Assembly: GCA_963798485.1 (NCBI GenBank) | Contig: CAWCTR010000021.1 | Location: 64,001 to 128,000, forward strand | DNA length: 64,000 nucleotides | Direction of reading: 5' to 3' | Origin: an uncultured delta proteobacterium | Lineage (GTDB): Bacteria; Desulfobacterota; Desulfomonilia; UBA1062 | In this document: positions 9,023 through 17,186 of the stretch, piece by piece | How the letters are laid out: every line of letters begins with the position of its first letter | Numbering within the stretch: the stretch's first letter is position 1 | Notes under the pieces: model-generated | What the model saw: the letters and a program-made list of their open reading frames with translations, nothing else | What the model was told of the DNA's origin: nothing | The model's database searches: none | Made by a program: the position numbers and the translations under genes

Positions 9023-9675
9023 ATAAGTCATTCTATGGTTTAGGCAAGAGCCCGACAAGACCTGGCCCTCTTTTTACCCCTATTCTCCGAAGACTCCGAA
9101 GATAGGGAATACTCCAGCCTTATAAAAATCAAATAGTTATACCTGAAATCTAAAATCTGATATGGAACTGATATAACGCTTATGATATAGTATTGAAATT
9201 AGGCAATTACCCACCTTTGATTCCACATCAAGAAATTGCCGGACATGTCCAAAGAGAAGAGGAGGTAATTCATTTAATCCATGTTAATGAGAACGAGAAA
9301 CCTGTCTGAGTCATTAAACACGTAAAGGACGTAAACGGGGTCGGACCAAGCTAACCATCTGATATCCATTATTTTATGCACCAGAATAAGCCGTTTTTAA
9401 GGCTTAGAATGTCCATTTTGGGGTAAAAAACAGAGCTATAAGATTCAGGAGGAACTGAGGTCAGAGACCATTTTCTTTCTTCTTCGGTCTCTCCTTTCTT
9501 CCAGGCCTTACCTTCCTCTTTAACATCTCCTCTATCTCTCCCCGAAACCTGTCCCCTCCCAATACGAGTCCATTCTGTTTAGTGCGCGAACGGATACGGG
9601 CATTGGGTAATAGATATTACCGTTATGTTGTGTTACAGTCGACAGAGAAATCAAACATCGGGGGAGGTAATCATC

Positions 9676-10911
9676 ATGTGGGCATTGAAGAAAGCGTATT
9701 ATCGTACGTATCAGTTCGTTCAGGGCTTTGGGATGAATTTTCTTCCCTGGATTGAACCCGAAATCATCCAAGGCGCTGGCAGCATACTAAAACTTCCCCT
9801 GGTCATCAGAAACAAAGGTATCAGGAGCGTTCTTATCGTTACCGACCCCGGCCTTATGGCACTACGCCTTCTCGATTCTCTCTTTGAGGCCCTCGATTCC
9901 GCAGGTATCACGTATTCACTCTATGACCAGGTACAACCCAACCCTACCATCGAGAACATCGAAGCGGCACTGAAAATTTATAATGAAAACCGTTGTCAGG
10001 CTATCATAGCTTTCGGCGGCGGTTCACCCATGGATTGTGCAAAGGTTACAGGCGCACGGGTTGCACGCCCGAACCGTTCGGTTACCAAGATGAGAGGTTT
10101 GTTCAAGGTAATACTGCCCGATATAAAAATGGGATCTCTTTTCCCCCCGGCCCTTTTCGCAGTTCCGACAACAGCAGGTACAGGTTCAGAAACCACCATA
10201 ACAGCCGTGGTATCGAACACCCAAACGCATGAAAAATATCCCATCAACGACCCTGTTATCCGCCCGAGATACGCGGTTCTTGACCCGGTACTAACCGTCG
10301 GTCTGCCGCCTCACATTACCGCAACAACAGGCATGGATGCCTTGACACATGCCGTCGAGTCCTACATCGGTAAATTCTATAACAGTGAAGCTACCCGTAT
10401 GAAGGCTATTCTGGCAGTCGGAATGATTTTCAACAATGTTGAAAAGGCTTACCATGACGGGAAAGACCTTGAAGCACGCGGGCAGATGCTCCTTGCTTCC
10501 TATTATGCAGGATATTCATTCACGCGCGGCGCAGTCGGCTATGTTCACGGGATCGGTCATAACCTCGGCGGTATGTACGGCGTTCCCCATGGTCTCGCAA
10601 TGTCTGTCATTATGCCTTATGTCCTTGAGTGGTACGGTGAAGCGGCGCACAAACCCCTGGCTGAACTTGCGGAGGTTGCCGGTGTTTCCAGGTTCGGCAT
10701 GAGCCGGGCTCAGAAGGCCAGGGCCTTTATCGAAGCCGTTAAAGCGCTGAACAGCAGATTGAACATTCCGAACAAGTTTGATTGCATTCAAGACAAAGAC
10801 ATCCCGACAATCGCAGAACGTGCATTGTATGAATGCAACCCTATGTATCCGGTTCCCAAGATCATGGGCAAAGAGGATTGCATGGCGGTTATTAGATCTC
10901 TTAAGGCATAA
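9676..10911 (+). CDS. Iron-containing alcohol dehydrogenase
   Basis: FGGGSPMD, PTTAGTGSE, GMDALTHAVES, HGIGH, HG motifs; start set at ATG 9676 after GGGGAGG. Confidence 0.92.
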   Translation: MWALKKAYYRTYQFVQGFGMNFLPWIEPEIIQGAGSILKLPLVIRNKGIRSVLIVTDPGLMALRLLDSLFEALDSAGITYSLYDQVQPNPTIENIEAALKIYNENRCQAIIAFGGGSPMDCAKVTGARVARPNRSVTKMRGLFKVILPDIKMGSLFPPALFAVPTTAGTGSETTITAVVSNTQTHEKYPINDPVIRPRYAVLDPVLTVGLPPHITATTGMDALTHAVESYIGKFYNSEATRMKAILAVGMIFNNVEKAYHDGKDLEARGQMLLASYYAGYSFTRGAVGYVHGIGHNLGGMYGVPHGLAMSVIMPYVLEWYGEAAHKPLAELAEVAGVSRFGMSRAQKARAFIEAVKALNSRLNIPNKFDCIQDKDIPTIAERALYECNPMYPVPKIMGKEDCMAVIRSLKA

Positions 10912-10989
10912 GGTTGCCTCTCATAATTGATAAGTTTGCTTGAGGGTAAAGAAATCCAATCCCGGGCGTCATTCCTACGAAAATAAGGA

Positions 10990-11031
10990 ACCCCCTCACC
11001 GAAGTCCCTTTCCCGCGAGGGGAGAGGGGAC
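10990..11031 (-). repeat. REP-like repeat family A, inverted diverged copy 3
   Basis: Minus strand GTCCCCTCTCCCCTCGCGGGAAAGGGACTTCGGTGAGGGGGT. Confidence 0.7.
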
Positions 11032-11084
11032 ATAGCATGAAACGATACCGTCTTTTCATATTTCGGGGTGATCCCTTTTCATGC

Positions 11085-11152
11085 GTCATTCCCGCGGATG
11101 CGGGAATCCAGTATTTTGAACACTTCTGGCCCCCCGCCTTCGCGGGGGCGAC
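11085..11152. repeat. REP-like inverted doublet, family C
   Basis: GTCATTCCCGCGGATGCGGGAATCCAG ... CTGGCCCCCCGCCTTCGCGGGGGCGAC. Confidence 0.8.
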
Positions 11153-11181
11153 ACTCGTGAAAAAACATACCTAATCCCTGC

Positions 11182-11216
11182 TTGACCTTCAGGAAGGTAT
11201 GATTAAATATCATACC
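11182..11216 (+). promoter_or_regulatory. Promoter/operator of the RHH antitoxin gene
   Basis: TTGACC at 11182; perfect 8-bp-arm inverted repeat GGTATGAT-taaat-ATCATACC (11196-11216) over the -10 region. Confidence 0.65.
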
Positions 11217-11227
11217 GGAGGTGGAAA

Positions 11228-11470
11228 ATGGGTTCATCCAAGGTGGCGATCACGATTGATGACGAAACTCTTCAAAGAATCGACCGTCTGGTAAAGGAGC
11301 ATGTCTTTCCAAATCGAAGCAAGGCGATACAAGAGGCCGTACTGGATAAAATCAAACGTCTTGAAAAATCCAGGCTCGCCCGGGAATGCGCAAAGCTTGA
11401 CCCTTTATATGAGCAGGCACTCGCTGACGAAGGAATTCCCGAGGATGTGAATGGATTGCCAGAATATTAA
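11228..11470 (+). CDS. CopG/ribbon-helix-helix antitoxin
   Basis: KVAITID...[11 protein letters not shown]...[20 protein letters not shown]; GGAGG RBS. Confidence 0.85.
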   Translation: MGSSKVAITIDDETLQRIDRLVKEHVFPNRSKAIQEAVLDKIKRLEKSRLARECAKLDPLYEQALADEGIPEDVNGLPEY

Positions 11471-11505
11471 GGGGTGATGTCCGTTGGGCTGATTTAAGTC
11501 CCTAA
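11455..11505 (+). pseudogene. mazF: MazF/PemK toxin remnant (16 codons)
   Basis: ATT GCC AGA ATA TTA AGG GGT GAT GTC CGT TGG GCT GAT TTA AGT CCC TAA = (M)[15 protein letters not shown], a PemK-type N-terminus overlapping the antitoxin end. Confidence 0.75.
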
Positions 11506-11632
11506 GTTTTCTGTATCTGCATTTTAATCACTTGAATCTAAGTTTTGTTTGCTGATTAGTATCATTAATAAAAGACATTAATGTTGAATATAATAATATA
11601 GGATCATTTTAGTTATTATTTAAATTGTCGAA

Positions 11633-11655
11633 ACAAATATGTATCATATTAAACA
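11633..11655. promoter_or_regulatory. Candidate enhancer site for a sigma54 activator
   Basis: ACAAATATGT(ATCA) at 11633-11642, overlapping TGT-N10-ACA at 11640-11655. Confidence 0.4.
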
Positions 11656-12058
11656 CTCGATATACCCATTAATAACGCATATGAACCTCCAGGATCTGCC
11701 CTCATGCATTATTTCCTTAAAAGATAACAAGCACAGGTGTATTGAACTCGTTGCCTGATATCCCGCAATTTAACATGATCATGGGTGGATTGAACACTGA
11801 AAGTGATTGTTACTTACACCAGGTCAATCTGGTAGATAGCCGGCTAATGTATCGACCTGCGATTTGAAGATATGTTCAATCAAGTTTCATATTGAGGATC
11901 CCATCCAAGATTATATTCTCATGATCCATTAATGTATGAATTTGCATGTCCCAAGAAAGCTCAATCGGCTTAAAAGAAGGTCAAAGCCATAGGTAATCGC
12001 CTTTAATAAATTGTATTAATTAACTAATTAAAGTCATCATGGAACTTATTCATTACAC

Positions 12059-12073
12059 TGGCATGCTACTTGC
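12059..12073 (+). promoter_or_regulatory. Sigma54 -24/-12 promoter of the permease-PII operon
   Basis: TGGCATGCTACTTGC (GG-N10-GC), 46 nt before ATG 12120. Confidence 0.8.
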
Positions 12074-12119
12074 CCTAGCTATTATCTATAATCGAGCTTG
12101 TGGAAAGGAGGTATTTACC

Positions 12120-14051
12120 ATGGCCCTAAAAAAAAGATTACCTTTAACCGAACCTACCCTTGAAGTGGTAAGCTCTGCCAAGACTGAAGTTAAAAATTCG
12201 CCGTTAGTCACGCCTACTCTCGGATTGCTCGGTGCAACCGTGAACGCCATGGCGTTAATAGCACCCGGGGCGTTTTTATGGATCACTTACCAGATGCAGG
12301 CAGCCGCTACAGCGCCAAGCGGGGCATCGGTTGCAGGCGATATATGGGCAGGGATTGTGGTTGCCTTGATAATCGCATTTCTCACAGCCCTTTCCTATTC
12401 TCAACTGGCGAAGATATATCCTGAAGCCGGCTTTGCCAGCGTGACCTATTTCGCGGAAAAGGCATTCCTCGACAACTCGGGCACGAAAAGGGCCGCACCG
12501 AATTCCATGGCCCGCATGTCAAAGCTTGCAACCGGCTGGGCCGCACATTTGTTCTACTGGGTATATCCGGGTGTCATGGTGGCCATGTTCGCTATCATGA
12601 TAGGTTACATCTATACGCAATTCACCGGTGGAACGTTATCCAATATAGCCCTGACGCTTATCGGGGTCATCATTGCGGCTGTAATCGGATATATTGCCTA
12701 TCGCGGCGTGAACGGCTCGACCAAAACCTCCATCTGGATCAATGTGATACAGCTCATAACCCTTGTTGTTTTCAGCGGCCTGGCCATATGGTACAGGCTG
12801 GGCAACCCTCAAGGGGCCGCTACATGGGCATCTAGCGGCGCATGGGATGTTATTCGTCCTCACACGTTTAGCGGGGTCCTGGTCCAATCAACGCTGGCCA
12901 TCCTGATATTGGTAGGTTTTGAGAGCTGCACTGCCTTGGCGGCTGAAACCAAGGAGCCGGAGAAGAATATTCCCAAGGCCATCATCATCTCACTGGTGAT
13001 TCAGGGGTTGTTCGCCTACCTTATCGAGTATTTTGCCACGGGCACCATGATCAGTGAAAAACTGACAAACGGCAGCGGCAAAACTCTTGTTACCGGAATG
13101 GCTGCCGCCGCTGCCTCTTCGGCACCGATCGGCGACCTGGCGAAGCTCATCGGCGACAACCTGCTTCACGGTGTCGGATTCGGCCTGATGATCACCATGG
13201 CGGTTACCGTGGTAATTGCGATCATAGGCACGACGCTCAGCTGCATGAACACCGCCATCAGGGTAAGCGCGGGCATGGCAGGGGATCGTGAACTGCCGAA
13301 CATGATGGGTTTCATCCATCAGAAATTCAGCACCCCGCATGTGGCAATCGGGGCCATGGTTATCGTCTCTGCGGTCATCGCTGCGATCGGTGTGAGGTCG
13401 GTGGTAGGCCTCACCGGCATCGCGCTGGCATCGAACTTCGGGACCTTCGTGCTCTACGGCCTGACCTGCGTGTGGACCATTATCGCCTTCAAGAACAGGG
13501 ACGACTTCAGCGTGCTCAAGCACGGCATTATCCCGGTGCTCGGCATCATCGGTAACGTGGTTATGGTTGTGGCCATCGTCTATCTGTACTCCATAGGCAA
13601 TGCCGACTCCAAGGCCGAAGCGGACATCTGCTTCCTTATCGCGGGAGCCTGGGCCTTGATCAGCCTTGCCTACGTTGCGTTAACGGGTGTGAAACGGTCG
13701 TACAGCTTGAAAATGATTTCCGCCATGATCCGTCCTGATATGCTCAATGTCCTGGTGGAGATCCTGAAAGATGAAGAGCTCATCCTGGGGATGACCGTGA
13801 CCAGAGTCAAGGGGTTCGGTAGGCAAAAAGGCCAAAAGGACAAAGATGCGGAGCCCATTAACGACAAGATTTCCTTTATTCCCAAGGTGAGGGTCGACCT
13901 CGTCGTGAATGACTGGGATGTCCCGGGTGTGATGGAAATCATGCGGGATGCCCTCTTTACCGGCAATGTAGGTGACGGCAAGATCTTTGTGCTGGATGCC
14001 AAAGACGCCATGAGGATTCGGACAGGTGAAAAAGGGGTATACGCCTTATAG
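12120..14051 (+). CDS. APC-superfamily amino acid/amine permease fused to a C-terminal PII domain
   Basis: About 12 TM with APC motifs (IAPGAF, YPEAG, GFES..ALAAET.EPEKNIPKA, HQKFSTPH), then LKMISAMIRP...KGFGRQKG...PK...TGNVGDGKIF...RIRTGE; start at ATG 12120 after AAGGAGG. Confidence 0.88.
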   Translation: MALKKRLPLTEPTLEVVSSAKTEVKNSPLVTPTLGLLGATVNAMALIAPGAFLWITYQMQAAATAPSGASVAGDIWAGIVVALIIAFLTALSYSQLAKIYPEAGFASVTYFAEKAFLDNSGTKRAAPNSMARMSKLATGWAAHLFYWVYPGVMVAMFAIMIGYIYTQFTGGTLSNIALTLIGVIIAAVIGYIAYRGVNGSTKTSIWINVIQLITLVVFSGLAIWYRLGNPQGAATWASSGAWDVIRPHTFSGVLVQSTLAILILVGFESCTALAAETKEPEKNIPKAIIISLVIQGLFAYLIEYFATGTMISEKLTNGSGKTLVTGMAAAAASSAPIGDLAKLIGDNLLHGVGFGLMITMAVTVVIAIIGTTLSCMNTAIRVSAGMAGDRELPNMMGFIHQKFSTPHVAIGAMVIVSAVIAAIGVRSVVGLTGIALASNFGTFVLYGLTCVWTIIAFKNRDDFSVLKHGIIPVLGIIGNVVMVVAIVYLYSIGNADSKAEADICFLIAGAWALISLAYVALTGVKRSYSLKMISAMIRPDMLNVLVEILKDEELILGMTVTRVKGFGRQKGQKDKDAEPINDKISFIPKVRVDLVVNDWDVPGVMEIMRDALFTGNVGDGKIFVLDAKDAMRIRTGEKGVYAL

Positions 14052-14096
14052 GGTGATAATCCTCGGATTAAAATAATCAGACAAGGGAGATGCAAG

Positions 14097-14435
14097 ATGA
14101 AAAGGATTGAAGCGATTATTCGGCCGGACAAGGTGAGCGCAGTATTCAATGCATTGAAAAAATTAGGTCATCCCGGCGTGATGATCTCAGAGATTGAGGG
14201 CCATGGAAGCCAGGAAGGCATAAATATCCAGGTTCGCGGCAATACCTATAAAGTTGACTTGATCACCAAGGCCAGGGTTGAGGTGATCGTAAAAGAAAAT
14301 GAAATGGAACTGATCATCAAGGCAATCTGCGATGCGGCTTTCACCGGTAAGATAGGGGATGGGAAAATATTCATCCATCCAGTGGACGATGCCTTGAGGG
14401 TGCGTACCGGCGAACGGGGAGAAATAGCTGTCTAA
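14097..14435 (+). CDS. PII nitrogen regulatory protein (GlnB/GlnK family)
   Basis: MKRIEAIIRP, GHGSQEG, Tyr51, Lys58, [16 protein letters not shown]; 112 aa. Confidence 0.93.
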   Translation: MKRIEAIIRPDKVSAVFNALKKLGHPGVMISEIEGHGSQEGINIQVRGNTYKVDLITKARVEVIVKENEMELIIKAICDAAFTGKIGDGKIFIHPVDDALRVRTGERGEIAV

Positions 14436-14473
14436 CCTTACATCGAACGTTAAGATAATTATGCGGTTAAGGT

Positions 14474-16012
14474 ATGGAACCTTTTACCTACAATGATCTC
14501 GATGTTCTCCATGATCTTGCAAAGATCCTGGCGTCGCCCCTCGACTTAAGGGACCAGCTTGAACAAGGTATCAACGAACTCTGTGCCCGCACCGGGATGA
14601 ATAGGGCTATGATCTCCATACTCGACCGGGACAGCGGGATTGCCATCCTTGATGTCACTCACGGCGTGGATATCAACAGCAGAGAGATTATCTACAAACC
14701 CGGAGAGGGAATCACCGGCCAAGTGGCACAGACCGGAAAACCTTTAGTCATTACCAACCTCGATGAGGAGAAGCGCTTCCTCGACAGGACCGAATCCAGG
14801 CGGTCGTTGAATCGGTCGGAGTTTGTGTTTTTCTGTGTTCCCATCATCCATGATGACAAGGTGGTGGGTGTTCTCTCGGCTGATAAGGCTGCCATTGAGA
14901 CGGTCAACCAGGAGTATGAGCTGAAGCTTCTTTGTGAGGTTGCTGAACTGATAGCCAATGCCGTACACATGAGAGTTCTCGAGGAAGAGAACATCATGTT
15001 GAAAAACGTTCTTGAAAAAAGCGGGCTACCTTCAAAGGATCTTATCGGCAACTCTAAGGTCATGAAAGACGTATCCGACCTCATCTTTCAGGTTTCCGGA
15101 TCCGATGCTACTGTGCTTATCCATGGGGAGACAGGGACTGGGAAAGAACTTGTTGCCAGGGCCATCCATATGAATAGTCCCAGGGTTAATAACCCGTTTA
15201 TTGAGGTGAACTGCGCCGCCATTCCGGATACCCTTATAGAAAGCGTGCTATTCGGACATGAGAGAGGGGCCTTTACCGGCGCTGACAAGAGGAAGAAAGG
15301 AAGGTTCGAGGAGGCAAACCACGGGACCCTGTTTCTCGATGAAGTAGGGGAGCTCTCTTCCCTTGCACAAGCCAAGCTTCTGAAGGTGATCGAGCAGCGT
15401 AATTTCCAACCCCTGGGATCGAACACTATTGTGAAGGTCAATGTGCGTATCATTGCCGCCACCAACCGCGACCTTGAACAGGATGTGGCCGCCGACGAGT
15501 TCAGAGCGGACTTATACTACAGGCTCAATGTGTTCCCTATTTACATGCCTCCATTGCGGGATCGCGGTGGAGATATCATACTGCTTGCAAATTACTTTGT
15601 GGAGAAATATTCCAGGAAGTTCAGAAGATCCATTCATTACATCTCCACACCGGCCATTGATCTCCTGATTGCACACCATTGGCCCGGCAACGTGCGCGAG
15701 CTTGAGAATTGCATCGAAAGGGCCGTTCTGCTCACAAGAGGTGATACTATCGATGGTATGCATCTGCCCATCTCGATGCAGAAACAAATGGCAAGCACGG
15801 AGGAAAATCAGTACAGGAGACTGGAAAGCCTCATAGCAGCCTATGAGCGCTCAATAATCATGGATGCCATGAAAGCCGCCAGGGGTAACCAAAGCAAGGC
15901 AGCTCAACTCCTTGGAACCACCAAGCGCATCATGCAGTACAAGGTAGGGAAACATAATATCGACAGAAACCTTTTTAAGATAATAAAACCGAGGGCGACG
16001 AACCGGCATTGA
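14474..16012 (+). CDS. GAF-AAA+-Fis sigma54 activator (NifA-like), paralogue 1
   Basis: GAF (PGEGITGQVAQTG...FCVPI), GETGTGKE, GAFTGA, FLDEV, WPGNVREL, Fis HTH. Confidence 0.93.
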   Translation: MEPFTYNDLDVLHDLAKILASPLDLRDQLEQGINELCARTGMNRAMISILDRDSGIAILDVTHGVDINSREIIYKPGEGITGQVAQTGKPLVITNLDEEKRFLDRTESRRSLNRSEFVFFCVPIIHDDKVVGVLSADKAAIETVNQEYELKLLCEVAELIANAVHMRVLEEENIMLKNVLEKSGLPSKDLIGNSKVMKDVSDLIFQVSGSDATVLIHGETGTGKELVARAIHMNSPRVNNPFIEVNCAAIPDTLIESVLFGHERGAFTGADKRKKGRFEEANHGTLFLDEVGELSSLAQAKLLKVIEQRNFQPLGSNTIVKVNVRIIAATNRDLEQDVAADEFRADLYYRLNVFPIYMPPLRDRGGDIILLANYFVEKYSRKFRRSIHYISTPAIDLLIAHHWPGNVRELENCIERAVLLTRGDTIDGMHLPISMQKQMASTEENQYRRLESLIAAYERSIIMDAMKAARGNQSKAAQLLGTTKRIMQYKVGKHNIDRNLFKIIKPRATNRH

Positions 16013-16063
16013 TTTCTGCAGAAGCTTGGCCCCGACAATTCTATGACAACACCATAATACGTG

Positions 16064-16732
16064 TTACACCCGGTGGTCTTCACGGATGATGGTGCGGCAG
16101 CCTCCGGACAGGCTTGGACGCCAGTTCTTGGGCGGCCTGATCTCGTTGAGCCGGTCCAGCTGCCCAATATCTTTGAGCCGTTTGTAAATGAGCTGCCAGG
16201 CGCAGGGAAGGCTGGGGTTGACTTCGCACCGGTCTTCACGCGAGCCGCTGCACGGGCCGTTCATCATGTGCTTCGCGCAGCGGGTGACCGGGCAAATGCC
16301 GCCGTAAAGATGGAGCACACACGCGCCGCAGGCCGCACATTTTTCCGTCCAGATACCTCGTTCTTCCAGAATGCCGATGAAGGCGGTATCGAGGCCCGCG
16401 TAAACCGGTTTGTCTGCAAAACGTTCGGCCAGTGCCTGAACGCCGGCACCGCAGCCCAGGGACAGCACGGCGTCGACCTTCATGGCCGCCTCGGCGGCCT
16501 GTTCGAGGAAAACGTTGTCGCACTGGCGTTCTATGGTGAGTTCCTCGACGTCCAGGGGAAGATCATTCAATTTGGCCGCCATGCGTAGCGCCGAGGCGAT
16601 GATGCTGACTTCGCGCTGGCCGCCGGCGAGGCAGACCGTGACGCAGGTGCCGCAGCCGAGTACGAGCACCTTGCGGTGCTTTTCAACGATGGACAATAAG
16701 TCGGGAATGCTTTTTCTTTGAGCAACGATCAT
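16064..16732 (-). CDS. metV: MetV (methylene-THF reductase C-terminal/Zn-finger partner)
   Basis: GCGTCVTVC, RQCD, CGAGVQ, CAACGAC...GGICPVTRCAKHMMNGPCSG...CEV...CAW; start 16732 overlaps mvhD stop. Confidence 0.85.
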   Translation of the reverse strand: MIVAQRKSIPDLLSIVEKHRKVLVLGCGTCVTVCLAGGQREVSIIASALRMAAKLNDLPLDVEELTIERQCDNVFLEQAAEAAMKVDAVLSLGCGAGVQALAERFADKPVYAGLDTAFIGILEERGIWTEKCAACGACVLHLYGGICPVTRCAKHMMNGPCSGSREDRCEVNPSLPCAWQLIYKRLKDIGQLDRLNEIRPPKNWRPSLSGGCRTIIREDHRV

Positions 16733-17175
16733 GAGCGACACTCCTGTTTTAATTTGCCGGTGGATTGTATCGGGCTGGGGCCCAGTTTGCGGACCGTTTC
16801 CACCATGTCGATGATGATATCCGCCAGGGGCCGCGCCATGGCGGCGGAAACGTTGACCATGCGGAGGCGTTCCTTTTCCATACCGATCTCATCGAGCATG
16901 TCCCGGATGTAGTTTACCCGGCGTTTGGCGCAGAGGTTGCCTTCGATGAAATGACAGCCCCCTTCGAGACAGCCTGCCACCAGCACGCCGTCCGCGCCGT
17001 TTTCAAATGCCTTCATGAAGTATTCGGTTTCCAGCCGTCCCGTACAGGGGGTGCGGATGATGAGCACGTTTGGCGGGTACTGGATGCGCATGGACCCCGC
17101 CAGATCGGCCGAGGAATAGGCGCAGTAGTGGCAGCAGAAGGCCACGATCTTGGGTTCAAATATGTCGGATTTCAT
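16729..17175 (-). CDS. mvhD: MvhD/FlpD [2Fe-2S] subunit
   Basis: IVAFCCHYCAYSSADLAG, PCTGR, GADGV.VAGC..G.CHF.EGN, ERL; start MKSDIF at 17175. Confidence 0.9.
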   Translation of the reverse strand: MKSDIFEPKIVAFCCHYCAYSSADLAGSMRIQYPPNVLIIRTPCTGRLETEYFMKAFENGADGVLVAGCLEGGCHFIEGNLCAKRRVNYIRDMLDEIGMEKERLRMVNVSAAMARPLADIIIDMVETVRKLGPSPIQSTGKLKQECRS

Positions 17176-17186
17176 GGATTGAGCTT

